Assembly: GCA_048058875.1 (NCBI GenBank)
Contig: JBLLNR010000005.1
Coordinates: forward strand, 48,615-112,614
Reading direction: 5' to 3'
DNA length: 64,000 nucleotides
Source: Methylotenera sp.
Lineage (GTDB): Bacteria > Pseudomonadota > Gammaproteobacteria > Burkholderiales > Methylophilaceae
The notes beneath the pieces are model-generated. The model was not told where the DNA came from and searched no databases. It worked only from the letters and a program-made list of their open reading frames with translations. Every line of letters starts with the position of its first letter. Position 1 is the stretch's first letter. Made by a program: the position numbers and the translations under genes. Below, piece by piece: positions 51,263 to 61,630 of this stretch.

Positions 51263-52014
51263 TTATTTTGCGACAGCACCAAATACTTTTTTGAGTATGC
51301 TGCTTGCCTGTCCTAATGGGTCTTTTCGGATAGCTGCCTCTTCTTTTGCAATCATTAAGTAAAGTCCATCAAGCGCCTTATTGGTTACATAGCGTTCAAT
51401 GTTGGCATCTTCTTTGTCTACGACGCCAAACTTGCTGCCCATTTCAGCGTATTTATTGTAAGTTTGTGCTAGTTGCACTTTTTCTGTCGCTTTGGTCACA
51501 ATAGGTAAAAACTTCTCTCCCATTTGTGTTGATGTGGTTTTTTTGAAGTATTGCGTTGCAGCATCTTCCGGACCAGTCAATATGGCTTTTGCATCAGCCA
51601 AGCTCATTTGTTTGATAGAGTTAATAAGTAATGCCTTGGCTTCTGGTACCGCTTCTTCTGCTGCTCGATTCATTTTAAGTACCAACTCATCCGATTGCTT
51701 ACCCATACCAATAAGCTTCATCCCTTTCTCAACCTTTTGCAATGATTCAGGTAGCGGAATTTTGACCTCTTTATTGCCAAAGAAACCATTCACCAGCCCT
51801 AAACTATCAACCGCCTTTTCCACACCTTGGTTAAGTGCTGTTTTCAAACCACCAGTTACTTCTGAGTCAGTTAAAGCATCAACACTTGAGTTACTGGTGG
51901 TATTTGAACCAGCTCCTTTATCTCATCAGCTATTGTTCCAAGATCTTTCAAATCCCAGGCGTTTGCTTGGCAACCCAGCATTGCCATTGCTATCACAAGT
52001 ATTAGCTTTTTCAT
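51263..52014 (-). pseudogene. DUF4197-family periplasmic protein, split by an apparent single-base frameshift
   Basis: The 194-aa ORF carries DUF4197 blocks (GLKTAL..GVEKAV, MNRAAEEAVPEAK, DAKAILTGPEDAATQYF, YVTNKALDGLY, EEAAIRKDP). Its frame is open upstream to DKGAGSNTTSNSSVDALTDSEVTGGLK but has no start. A separate frame holds GAGGAG-N6-ATG (52014) and the signal peptide MKKLILVIAMAMLGCQANA, and stops at ~51880. Confidence 0.65.
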
Positions 52015-52093
52015 TTAGACTCCTCACATCGCAATTTGAGATAAATATACGTTAAGTTTACACTTAAATCTTTTCATGACTCTTTTTTACAGG

Positions 52094-54538
52094 TCAGATT
52101 TTAAAAGATTTTACATTCCATATATTTTCAGCGTACTCCGCGATAGTCCGATCACTTGAAAATTTTGCCACTTGTGCGACATTTAGAATTGCTCGCCGCG
52201 ACCACTCCTCCTGGTCTTTATACAAGCTTGCAACCTCTTCTTGCTTTTCAATATAACTAGCGTAATCAGCAAGCAATAGATAATTGTCACCATTATTGAG
52301 TAGATTGTCATATATGGCTTGGTAGCGGTTTGGCTCCTCTACAGAAAAGAACCCAGACCCAATCATGTCGATAACTTCTTTCAAAGCAGGATTAGCATCG
52401 TAATAATCCCATGGGTTATAGCCATTCGCCTTTGTTTCAGCCACCTCAGGCGTAGTTAGTCCAAATATAAAAATATTTTCATCTCCAACCTCTTCTTTAA
52501 TTTCCACATTTGCCCCATCAAGCGTCCCAATAGTCAAAGCACCATTAAGTGCCATTTTCATGTTACCTGTTCCACTTGCTTCGGTCCCTGCCGTGGAGAT
52601 TTGTTCTGATAGGTCACTACCTGGGAATAGCAGCTCGGCCGCAGATACTTCATAGTTTGGATAGAAAACTACTTTGAGTTTGTCACCAACAGCAGGGTCG
52701 TTATTAACGATTTCTGCGACATCATTGATGAGGCGGATAATAAGCTTTGCCATCCAATATCCTGGTGCTGCTTTACCGCCAAAGATGATGACGCGGGGCG
52801 TGATGTTTTTACTGTCACCCTTCCTGATACGGTTATACAGAGTAATTATATGTAGGACATTCAATAACTGCCGTTTGTACTCGTGAATCCGTTTAATCTG
52901 GACATCAAACAAGGCGTCAGTATTCAGCTTTACACCCGTGAGTGACTCAATCTTGTCCGCAAGCCTTTGCTTATTGTGCTTCTTTACTGCTCTGAAAGCT
53001 TTACGGAAATCTTTATCCTCTGCTAAAGGCGTTAATTTAGCGATTTTTGATAAATCTTTTTGAAAACCATCCCCAATCGCTTTTGCAATCAACTCTGTTA
53101 GCTTCGGATTGGCTTGATTTAACCAACGCCTTGGTGTGATACCATTGGTAACATTGGTGAGTTTACCAGGATAGATTCTGTTGAAATCGGCAAACAATGT
53201 ACTTTTGAGCAACTCACTGTGTAATGCCGCAACTCCGTTGACTGTGTGACTGCCGACAACCGCCAAATGGGCCATGCGCACTCGCTTTCCATGCGCTTCG
53301 TCAATAATAGAGACTCGCCTTAATAAATCTGTATCACCTGGGAAGTGATGATTAACCATATGTAAAAACTCATGGTTGATTTGGTAAATAATTTCTAAAT
53401 GTCTTGGTAGTAAGCGTCCAAACAAATCTAAAGACCAAGTTTCTAGCGCTTCTGGCATGAGGGTATGATTGGTGTAAGCAAATATTTTGGTCACCAAACC
53501 CCATGCAAAGTCCCAAGCCAGCCCATGCACATCGACCAATTGATACATCATCTCTGCTACCCCAATGGCTGGATGCGTATCATTTAATTGAATTGCAACT
53601 TTGTTAGGTAAATCTTTCCAATCAGTCTTATTTTTTATTTCACGTGTACTGATGAAACGTCTTAGAATGTCCTGAATAGAGGCAGAAACAAAGAAATATT
53701 GCTGCTTCAGGCGTAGCTCCCTACCTGAAGCAGAAGCATCATTCGGATAGAGCACTTTTGAAATGGTTTCTGAATCATTACGAGCTTCGACAGATTGCTC
53801 GTAGTTACCCTGATTAAAATGCGCCAAATCGAACTCTGTTGTTGCTTTGGCAGACCATAGCCTTAAATTGTTAACCGTTTCAGTATCATAACCAGGCACA
53901 GGCACATCATAAGCTAATGCAACGACATGCTGTTCATCTACCCAATGACTTTTTGCTTGACCATCTTCATGCGTCTGAATCACTTTTCCATAGAACTTAA
54001 TCGTATAGCTAGATTCTGGGCGTTGAAATTCCCAGACGTTTGCGTAGCGCAACCAATCATCAGGATTCTCAACTTGTTGACCGCCTTCCAATGTTTGTTT
54101 GAACATGCCATATTCATAACGGATACCATAACCGGTTGCGGGTATATCCATAGTTGCCATTGAGTCTAAAAAGCATGCTGCCAATCTGCCTAAACCACCA
54201 TTACCAAGTGCTGCATCATGCTCCAACTCTACCACTTCTTCAAGATTCTGGCCTAATGCACTTAAACCACTACCCAACTGTGAATTAATGCCCAAATTTA
54301 GTGCAGCATTACTCATCATACGCCCAATTAAAAACTCTAATGACAAGTAGTAAATACGCTTCGGGTCTTCCTCGTTGTATGCGCTGGCTGTCTTTACCCA
54401 GCGCTCTACTACATGGTCGCGAACCGTATGTGCTGCTGTTACATACCAATCACGCGGCGTTGCTGTATTAATGGTTTTAAAACAAGAGAAAGCAAGGTGG
54501 TTTCTAAGTGCTTGCTTGATGGGTGTTAGTTTTGGCAT
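52094..54538 (-). CDS. glgP: Glycogen/maltodextrin phosphorylase
   Basis: The PLP-site block EASGTGNMKMALNGALTIGTLDGANVEI and overall GT35 similarity. The ATG at 54538 (MPKLTPIKQ) is preferred over the upstream TTG at 54559. Confidence 0.93.
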   Translation of the reverse strand: MPKLTPIKQALRNHLAFSCFKTINTATPRDWYVTAAHTVRDHVVERWVKTASAYNEEDPKRIYYLSLEFLIGRMMSNAALNLGINSQLGSGLSALGQNLEEVVELEHDAALGNGGLGRLAACFLDSMATMDIPATGYGIRYEYGMFKQTLEGGQQVENPDDWLRYANVWEFQRPESSYTIKFYGKVIQTHEDGQAKSHWVDEQHVVALAYDVPVPGYDTETVNNLRLWSAKATTEFDLAHFNQGNYEQSVEARNDSETISKVLYPNDASASGRELRLKQQYFFVSASIQDILRRFISTREIKNKTDWKDLPNKVAIQLNDTHPAIGVAEMMYQLVDVHGLAWDFAWGLVTKIFAYTNHTLMPEALETWSLDLFGRLLPRHLEIIYQINHEFLHMVNHHFPGDTDLLRRVSIIDEAHGKRVRMAHLAVVGSHTVNGVAALHSELLKSTLFADFNRIYPGKLTNVTNGITPRRWLNQANPKLTELIAKAIGDGFQKDLSKIAKLTPLAEDKDFRKAFRAVKKHNKQRLADKIESLTGVKLNTDALFDVQIKRIHEYKRQLLNVLHIITLYNRIRKGDSKNITPRVIIFGGKAAPGYWMAKLIIRLINDVAEIVNNDPAVGDKLKVVFYPNYEVSAAELLFPGSDLSEQISTAGTEASGTGNMKMALNGALTIGTLDGANVEIKEEVGDENIFIFGLTTPEVAETKANGYNPWDYYDANPALKEVIDMIGSGFFSVEEPNRYQAIYDNLLNNGDNYLLLADYASYIEKQEEVASLYKDQEEWSRRAILNVAQVAKFSSDRTIAEYAENIWNVKSFKI

Positions 54539-54667
54539 GTAGTTCCCTATGTGGTTCAAAGAGTCATCTCAATTAATGCAAGTATCGCGCCAACTGATTG
54601 TGTTCTGACTTCCATCATTAAATCAGTTGTATAGTCTAAGTATAAATGATTCATATGTTGGAAATAT

Positions 54668-54700
54668 GAAAAAGCCCTTGCATTTTAAAACAAGGGCTTC
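54668..54700 (-). terminator. Rho-independent terminator after htpG
   Basis: AAGCCCTTG-N11-CAAGGGCTT hairpin, followed on the minus strand by TTTTCATATTT. Confidence 0.6.
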
Positions 54701-54711
54701 ATTTTGCAAGA

Positions 54712-56592
54712 CTAAATGAGTAATGCGTTTACGCGCCTTACAAAACTAGCAGGATCTTCTAGTTGCCCACCTTCTGCTAACAATGCCTGATCAAATAATA
54801 CACGTGTGTAATCATTGAACTTAGCATCATCTTTTTCCGCTTTCAGCTTCTCAACGAGTCGATGTGCTGGGTTAATCTCAAGCACGGGTTTCGATTCAGG
54901 TGCATTTTGTCCAGACGCCTTAAGAATTCTTGCTAGATTACCTGATAAATCGTGTTCTCCAACGACTAAGCAGGCAGGGGAATCTGTCAATCGGTGGGTA
55001 ACACGTACTTCTTTCACATCATCTCCTAGCGTTTTTTGAATACGTTCGATTAGATCTTTAGCTGCTTCTTCGACTTTTTTCTGTGCTTCTTTTTCAGATT
55101 CATCTTCTAGCTTACCTAAGTCAAGGTCTCCTTTGGCAATTGATTGCAGTTTTTTACCTTCAAACTCAGTTAAACTACTCAAAAGCCATTCATCCACTTT
55201 GTCTGACATTAGTAACACCTCAATGCCTTTTTTGCGGAAAATCTCTAGATGTGGAGAGTGTTGTGCAGCAGCAAAGCTATCAGCAGTGATGTAATAAATT
55301 GCTTCCTGCTCTTCTTTCATTCGCCCAATGTAATCTGCCAAGCTGACGTTCTGCACATCGGTATCTGTATGGGTCGATGCAAACCTTAACAAGCTTGCAA
55401 TCTTTTCTTTATTTGCGAAATCTTCTGCTGGACCTTCTTTTAAGACACGTCCAAACTCTGTCCAGAATGTAGCATATTGGTCAGGTTTGTTTTTTGCCAA
55501 ATCTTCTAATAAACCCAGTACTTTTTTAACGGAGCCATTTTTAATTGCTTCAACATCACGGCTATCCTGTAGGATTTCACGTGATACATTCAATGGTAAA
55601 TCCGCACTATCAATCACACCTCTTACAAAACGAAGGTATTGAGGCATGAGTTTTTCAGCATCTTCCATGATGAAGACACGTTTTACATAGAGCTTAATCC
55701 CTTGTCGACGCTCCCTATCATACAAATCAAAAGGCGCCTTGCTTGGAATGTACAGAAGGGAAATATACTCTTGCTTACCCTCTACACGGTTATGTGTGTA
55801 AGCAAGTGGATTCTCAAAATCATGCGAAACATGTTTATAAAACTCTTGATATTCTTCTTCGGTAATATCACCTTTACTACGTGCCCACAATGCTGATGCT
55901 TTATTGACTGTTTCATCTTCATCTGTCAGCACAAACTCACCATCTTTCATTTCTGATTTTTTCATCAGAATTGGTAATGTGATGTGGTCAGAATATTTAC
56001 GAACGATTGTTTTTAGCTTCCAGTCATTCAGGAACTCATCTTCGCCCTCACGGAGGTGCAAAATAATATCAGTACCGCGACCTTTTTTATCTGCTGTGCT
56101 TAATGTAAATTCACCCTCGCCTGTAGACTCCCATTGAACAGCTTCTTTACTGCCAGCACGTCTTGTAATCAACGTTACTTTTTCTGCAATGATAAAAGAG
56201 GAATAGAATCCAACGCCAAACTGACCAATGAGGTTAGCATCTTTCACTTGATCGCCGCTTAAGGCCTCAAAGAATTCTTTGGTGCCTGATTTTGCAATAG
56301 TACCAATATTGTTGACGACCTCTTCTTTACTCATACCAATACCATTGTCAGAAATAGTAACAGTACGAGCATTTTTATCAAACGCAATACGAATATTTAA
56401 ATCGCTATCACCCTCATAAAGGCTGCCATCTGCTAGCGCTTCAAATCTTAGTTTATCTGCAGCATCTGAAGCATTTGAAATTAGCTCGCGTAGCACAATC
56501 TCTTTGTTTGAATACAATGAGTGAATCATTAAATGTAACAGCTGTTTTACTTCAGCACGGAATTCTAATTTTTCTGATTTCTCTTTAGCCAT
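54712..56592 (-). CDS. htpG: Hsp90-family chaperone HtpG
   Basis: N-terminal ATPase motifs ([24 protein letters not shown]). 626 aa. Confidence 0.97.
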   Translation of the reverse strand: MAKEKSEKLEFRAEVKQLLHLMIHSLYSNKEIVLRELISNASDAADKLRFEALADGSLYEGDSDLNIRIAFDKNARTVTISDNGIGMSKEEVVNNIGTIAKSGTKEFFEALSGDQVKDANLIGQFGVGFYSSFIIAEKVTLITRRAGSKEAVQWESTGEGEFTLSTADKKGRGTDIILHLREGEDEFLNDWKLKTIVRKYSDHITLPILMKKSEMKDGEFVLTDEDETVNKASALWARSKGDITEEEYQEFYKHVSHDFENPLAYTHNRVEGKQEYISLLYIPSKAPFDLYDRERRQGIKLYVKRVFIMEDAEKLMPQYLRFVRGVIDSADLPLNVSREILQDSRDVEAIKNGSVKKVLGLLEDLAKNKPDQYATFWTEFGRVLKEGPAEDFANKEKIASLLRFASTHTDTDVQNVSLADYIGRMKEEQEAIYYITADSFAAAQHSPHLEIFRKKGIEVLLMSDKVDEWLLSSLTEFEGKKLQSIAKGDLDLGKLEDESEKEAQKKVEEAAKDLIERIQKTLGDDVKEVRVTHRLTDSPACLVVGEHDLSGNLARILKASGQNAPESKPVLEINPAHRLVEKLKAEKDDAKFNDYTRVLFDQALLAEGGQLEDPASFVRRVNALLI

Positions 56593-56700
56593 ACTTTTCC
56601 TTTTGCCCTTTTAATTAATCCGTTAAACTTAACTTTTCCCCTTATTTTGGGTTAAAAATCTCAATTTCAAGTATTAAACTGAATTATTAGTGAGTTCTAT

Positions 56701-56963
56701 ATGGCTAAAATTGATGTTATAGAAGTGAATGCGAGCGCATTTCATGTGACCGTATCGGCAAATCGCACGACTGAACATGAAGTCACTGTGCAACCTGAAT
56801 ATTCAGTTAAGCTTTGCAACAGCTCAATGAGCACATTGGAACTAGTAAAAAATCTTTTGAGTCCCTACTTGAACGGGAGTCAAACACCAGTATTCTTAGA
56901 AAATTTGATTTGCGCGTTATCAGTCAATATTTTCCAGTGTATGAAAGTGAAATAAGCAAATGA
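56701..56963 (+). pseudogene. Small conserved-looking hypothetical protein with an apparent frameshift in an A6 run
   Basis: After AAAAAA (56847-56852), the annotated frame gives low-complexity-looking NLLSPYLNGSQTPVFLENLICALSVNIFQCMKVK*. The frame restored by adding one A gives KSFESLLERESNTSILRKFDLRVISQYFPVYESEISK*, with its stop at 56961-56963, which reads like a genuine globular C-terminus. Confidence 0.45.
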
Positions 56964-56989
56964 GCCATAACAGAATTGAGTTAATTTAA

Positions 56990-57631
56990 ATGGATGCATT
57001 AATTGGATTAGTATCAGGCCTTGTGATTGGTGGCTTGATTGCTTATATATTTTTGTACAGTAAGAAAAAGCTAAACACAGTAAGCGCTGATAGCACGACC
57101 TTAATGCACAACATCGAAAAGGTGTTCAAAGTTGCATTAGCAGAGGGAACTTATAGCGATATTTTTGACTACAAGAATGAGCAAAGCCGGTTTTTTAATC
57201 TATTTATAACCAAGAAAAAGGCACTATTGATTTCTGAAGCAAAAGTACTGATTGGTTATGATTTTGCCAAAGTAAAATTGGTAATCGATGAAAAAAATAA
57301 ACACATCAACATCTTACAGTTTCCCAGCCCTGAAATTCTGGCTATCGACCCTGAATACAAATTTTATGACACCGACAGTGGCATTTTTAATCGATTAGCT
57401 AAGGAAGATTACAGTGCAATGGTGAATGATGCAAAGAATAGAATAGGTAAGAAAGCATTAGAAAGTGAATTACCACTGTTTGCTGCCAACCAAATGAAAA
57501 CTTTACTTACAAATATTGATGACAACACTAGTTGGCAACTTTACTATCATGATGAAAATAATAGGCCTTTGTTGCTAGCAGACGCTGATTTACCCTATCA
57601 AAGAAACTTATTGGAAGTAAAGCTAGATTAA
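56990..57631 (+). CDS. Membrane-anchored protein, DUF4230-like
   Basis: N-terminal TM (LIGLVSGLVIGGLIAYIFLY), then a ~190-aa soluble domain with a DUF4230-like pattern (..KALLISEAKVLIGYDF..V......I.I..P.PEIL). The family assignment is tentative. Confidence 0.45.
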   Translation: MDALIGLVSGLVIGGLIAYIFLYSKKKLNTVSADSTTLMHNIEKVFKVALAEGTYSDIFDYKNEQSRFFNLFITKKKALLISEAKVLIGYDFAKVKLVIDEKNKHINILQFPSPEILAIDPEYKFYDTDSGIFNRLAKEDYSAMVNDAKNRIGKKALESELPLFAANQMKTLLTNIDDNTSWQLYYHDENNRPLLLADADLPYQRNLLEVKLD

Positions 57632-58418
57632 GCGATGAGTGCGTTAATGGCTAGCTGTGCCATTGTAAAGCCGAAAGTTGCTGTCACACTGACACTTGAG
57701 CCATAGCCAGCGCAATTTAAACCCGTTAATGCTTTTGCATCTGCTTCACATTGTTGTTCAGGTCTGATTGTTGTTTCATCAGAAAACACGCATTTAATGC
57801 CAAACGTCGAATGCTTTTTTTAGCAGACGATTTGACAGTCATTGCTTTAGGAAACCCATGATTTCGACGCAATTGGTTGCGCACTTTGGCAAGCAACTTA
57901 TCGCCAGTGACAAATGCCAAGTCATTCACTTGCAGTCTTGTTGGATCAAGCCGACCACCTGCACTACCAGACATCAACAGCGGGAGACTTTTTTCTTTAC
58001 AATAAGCAGCTAACGCAATTTTTGCTCTCGCATCATCAGTGCAATCTAAAACAATGTTGTAATCAGCCCCTAATAATATTTGCACATTATCTGATGTGAC
58101 AAAGTCTTCTAGCTCATGCACGATACAGTCTGGATTAATTTGAGTTATCCTTCGGTGCATAGCCGTCACTTTAGCAAGGCCAAAATTATCCTCTAATGCA
58201 TGAATTTGGCGATTCACATTGGATTCGGCCACATTATCCAAATCAATTAAAGTGAGTTGACCTATCGCATTGCGTGCTAAGGCTTCAACTGCCCAGGAAC
58301 CAACGCCACCAATGCCTATTACCAAGATATGTGCATTTTTTAAAATAGCTAAAGCAGCATCGCCATACAGGCGACTTACACCAACAAAACGGCGAGCAAA
58401 CTCAACTTGGTTATTCAT
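57628..58418 (-). pseudogene. tcdA: tRNA threonylcarbamoyladenosine dehydratase (ThiF/MoeB-family TcdA/CsdL), interrupted by a frameshift in an 7-nt homopolymer
   Basis: The N-terminal 200 aa are TcdA-like (VIGIGGVGSWAVEALAR, DLDNVAESNVNRQ). After A7 on the coding strand (T7 at 57815-57821), the ORF runs into junk and stops at 57726. The frame obtained by adding one A reads HSTFGIKCVFSDETTIRPEQQCEADAKALTGLNCAGYGSSVSVTATFGFTMAQLAINALIA*, which matches the TcdA C-terminus (..VDCVFSTE....C.GFG....VTATFGF). Confidence 0.75.
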
Positions 58419-58792
58419 GTCTCTAAAACAACAAATGCTGCAGCAAGATTCTTCTCATCACTGATACTCAGATGCATATGCGTTACTTTTTTTGTAATAA
58501 CAAAAACTTGTAAGGTATCTGATAACAGGAATGTAGGCTTTCCTAAATCATCATGCGTTACTGCAATATTTTGAAACGTAGCAGGCTCTCTTAAACCTGT
58601 GCCAAGAGCCTTAGAAAAAGCTTCCTTGGCAGCAAACCTTTTCGCTAAAAATCTAGCTTTGATATTAGACTGTAAATAGCTCGGCATTTCACTGGGAGCA
58701 AGAATACGCGATGCAAAATCATCTCCAAACTTCTTGATTGATTGCTCGATTCTCTCCACTTCAACAATGTCTGTACCGATACCGAATATCAT
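58415..58792 (-). CDS. acpS: Holo-[acyl-carrier-protein] synthase
   Basis: [16 protein letters not shown].., ~125 aa. Overlaps the pdxJ stop. Confidence 0.9.
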   Translation of the reverse strand: MIFGIGTDIVEVERIEQSIKKFGDDFASRILAPSEMPSYLQSNIKARFLAKRFAAKEAFSKALGTGLREPATFQNIAVTHDDLGKPTFLLSDTLQVFVITKKVTHMHLSISDEKNLAAAFVVLET

Positions 58793-59517
58793 TTTATCGT
58801 TGCTTCACGAATAAGTGCTTTCATCTCTCGCACTGCATTATCCCAACCGACGAATAAGGCATGTGCGACAATCGCATGACCAATGTTAAGTTCTTCTATG
58901 CCTTCCAATGCAGCTATCTGATGCACATTATGATTATTTAAACCGTGACCGGCATTAACAATTAATCCTAAACTTAACGCATGATGTAATGCTTGTTTAA
59001 TTTTTTCCAACTCAGCTAATTGTGCCTTTCCCTCTATGGCATCAGCAAAAGCCCCCGTGTGCAGCTCAATTACAGGGGCCCCCGCTTTATGTGCCGCATT
59101 GATTTGCGCTACATCTGGTGCAATAAAGAGTGACACTCGAATACCAGCATCACTGAGTTTTTTTGTCGCTGCTGCAATTTTTCCAAAGTGCTCAATTACA
59201 TCAAGCCCACCCTCTGTTGTGCGTTCTTCACGTCTTTCTGGGACCAGACAAACATCCTGCGGCGCAACTTTTAGAGCGATACCAATCATTTCATCTGTAA
59301 CCGCACATTCTAGATTCATTTTGGTTTGCAATAGTGGTCGCAAGGCAAAAATATCAGCATCTTGCATGTGGCGCCTATCCTCACGCAAATGCAGGGTAAT
59401 GCTATCTGCCCCAGACTGCTCAGCCCGCAATGCCGCTTGAATCACGCTTGGGTATTTTGTTCCTCGTGCCTCACGTATTGTTGCAACATGGTCAATATTG
59501 ACACCTAATTTTTTCAT
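58789..59517 (-). CDS. pdxJ: Pyridoxine 5'-phosphate synthase
   Basis: [37 protein letters not shown]. Confidence 0.95.
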   Translation of the reverse strand: MKKLGVNIDHVATIREARGTKYPSVIQAALRAEQSGADSITLHLREDRRHMQDADIFALRPLLQTKMNLECAVTDEMIGIALKVAPQDVCLVPERREERTTEGGLDVIEHFGKIAAATKKLSDAGIRVSLFIAPDVAQINAAHKAGAPVIELHTGAFADAIEGKAQLAELEKIKQALHHALSLGLIVNAGHGLNNHNVHQIAALEGIEELNIGHAIVAHALFVGWDNAVREMKALIREATIK

Positions 59518-59546
59518 CTGTTATCTCAATCAGTTTCTAAAATAAA

Positions 59547-60272
59547 TTATAGACCTTGTAAGTCTATTAAAAGCTGTCTTGTATGCAGTGGTTTATCCCC
59601 AAGATAATGGGTCAGCAGATACCTCATCAGCTTTTTACTTTCTTGTTGTGTTTGCATGCTGGTGTAATCATCTTGCGCCATATTGAGTAAAGTTTCACCA
59701 CTGACCTTAATGCCTTTCTGTGCAGCAGACAATGCACACGCACCATACTCAGCTTCGTAGCGATACTCACGATCTCTATCGATTGGCGCATTATTTTCAT
59801 CCACTTGCAAGGGTACTTCATAACCCATTTCTTGCAATAGTTTTAACTCAAATCGTCTTAGATGTGTTGCCAAGTCTAAGCCTTTGGAAAGGGCTCTGAG
59901 TGTTGCTTGATAATAATTAAATAATTGCTCATGTGCATCTTCTCTTGGTAGCAAACGCAATAGTAATTCATTCAGATAAAACCCACACATCAAAGCCTCA
60001 CCTTGCAGCATAGTCAGGGCATCCGCCCAATCTAAACTATGCAGCGTCTTTAGCTCATTTTTACCTGACCATGTGGCTGAAAGCATTTGAAAAGATTGTA
60101 ATTGGCCTCGCATCGCAGAGCGCGGCCGCCTTGCCCCTTTAGCTAAAGTTGCGACACGACCATGTGATTTAGTAAATAGCTCAGCGACCAAGCTTGTTTC
60201 TTTAAATGCATAGGTATGTAGAACAAAAACATGCTGATTGTCGTACCGATATAAAGTTGATCCACTGCCCAT
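59547..60272 (-). CDS. recO: DNA repair protein RecO
   Basis: FVLHTYAFKETSLVAELFTKSHGRVATLAKGARRPRS, plus its position in the era-recO-pdxJ block. Confidence 0.88.
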   Translation of the reverse strand: MGSGSTLYRYDNQHVFVLHTYAFKETSLVAELFTKSHGRVATLAKGARRPRSAMRGQLQSFQMLSATWSGKNELKTLHSLDWADALTMLQGEALMCGFYLNELLLRLLPREDAHEQLFNYYQATLRALSKGLDLATHLRRFELKLLQEMGYEVPLQVDENNAPIDRDREYRYEAEYGACALSAAQKGIKVSGETLLNMAQDDYTSMQTQQESKKLMRYLLTHYLGDKPLHTRQLLIDLQGL

Positions 60273-60274
60273 GA

Positions 60275-60739
60275 TTATTTTTCTATTTCAGCTAAACTTT
60301 TTAGCACTTCATCTTTCGCTTTTTCAATCAGAATCGGCACAATCACACTATCATTTTCGGCAAAAATAATCAGTCCATAACGAATACCTATCTCTATACT
60401 TTCAGGCGTAAACTTACCAAAACCATACCGCGAATTACGAAGAATATCCCAAGTACCTTTTGGTTCCAGAAATTCTGGCTTTGCGAAATAACGAATCACT
60501 TCATCTCTAGCCACGCGCTCAAGAATATAGTTATCTTGATCCGCTAATATGACCCAGCCCATACTGCCATCTTTGTCTGTATTTTTTAATTGATATAAAT
60601 ACCATTGGCCATCGTCACATATGACCTGAAAAACATTATTGATGCCCCCAGTTTTTCTATTGACAGCATAGTAGATGCCTTGGTCTTCTGAATTAATTGG
60701 TTTAACATCAAAATCATTCATTGGCATTGCTTGTAGCAA
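60275..60739 (-). CDS. Hypothetical 154-aa protein inserted between era and recO
   Basis: ORF with tight spacing (6 bp after the era stop, 2 bp before the recO start). No recognised motif. Confidence 0.5.
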   Translation of the reverse strand: MLQAMPMNDFDVKPINSEDQGIYYAVNRKTGGINNVFQVICDDGQWYLYQLKNTDKDGSMGWVILADQDNYILERVARDEVIRYFAKPEFLEPKGTWDILRNSRYGFGKFTPESIEIGIRYGLIIFAENDSVIVPILIEKAKDEVLKSLAEIEK

Positions 60740-60745
60740 ACATGA

Positions 60746-61630
60746 TTAATATCCCAAACTTTTTAGCGCCCTTTCGTTATCAGCCCAACCACTTTTCACT
60801 TTCACCCAAGTCTCTAAGTAGACCTTTCCACCAAATAGTTTTTCCATGTCTTGTCTGGCTTCTGTCGATATCTGCTTTAACTTAGCGCCGCCCTTACCAA
60901 TAATCATAGGCTTTTGGCTATCTTTATCAACAATAATGGCCGCAAAAATCCGACGCAAGTTATTGATCGTTTCAAACTGTTCAATTTCAACTGCTATTGA
61001 ATAAGGGACTTCGTCACCCAACAGTCTAAATATTTTTTCTCGTAGCATCTCGGATGCCAAAAAGCGTTCATTTTTATCGGTTAGCTCATCTTCTTCATAG
61101 ATTGCAGCTTGCTTTGGTAAGTGTATTCTGGCAGCCGCAAGTAAATCTCCTAAATACAAATTCTTTTTTGCACTCACTGGAACAATGCTGACAAATGGGT
61201 ACAACAAGTCAAAATCCTGAATTAGTGGTAACAAATTGTTTTTATCACCCATCAAATCGGCTTTATTGACAACAAGGATCACGGGTTTATCTTTTGGTAA
61301 CAAACGTAATACCTTTTCATCAGCCTCGCCCAGTTTCATTGGCTCTACGACAAACAGCACTACATCGACTTCGTTTAGTACTTGTGTGACTGTTTTGTTC
61401 ATTGATTTATTCAGTGCATTTAAATGCTTTTGCTGAAAACCCGGCGTATCCACAAAAATAAATTGTGTATCTTGGGTAGTATGTATCCCAAGCAATCGAT
61501 GTCTGGTCGTTTGCGCTTTACGTGAGGTGATTGCCAGCTTTACACCCAAAATGTGGTTTAAGAGTGTTGATTTACCTACATTTGGCCTTCCTACAATTGC
61601 TACCGTTCCGCATCTAAAATGATCTGTCAT
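60746..61630 (-). CDS. era: GTPase Era
   Basis: G1 GRPNVGKST, G3 DTPG, G4 NKAD, and a C-terminal KH domain. Confidence 0.95.
   Translation of the reverse strand: MTDHFRCGTVAIVGRPNVGKSTLLNHILGVKLAITSRKAQTTRHRLLGIHTTQDTQFIFVDTPGFQQKHLNALNKSMNKTVTQVLNEVDVVLFVVEPMKLGEADEKVLRLLPKDKPVILVVNKADLMGDKNNLLPLIQDFDLLYPFVSIVPVSAKKNLYLGDLLAAARIHLPKQAAIYEEDELTDKNERFLASEMLREKIFRLLGDEVPYSIAVEIEQFETINNLRRIFAAIIVDKDSQKPMIIGKGGAKLKQISTEARQDMEKLFGGKVYLETWVKVKSGWADNERALKSLGY

Noticed and set aside
51492-52055. A 187-aa plus-strand ORF.
   Set aside because: It is antisense to the DUF4197 gene and its signal-peptide region, and its Ser/Leu-rich product is typical of antisense translation.
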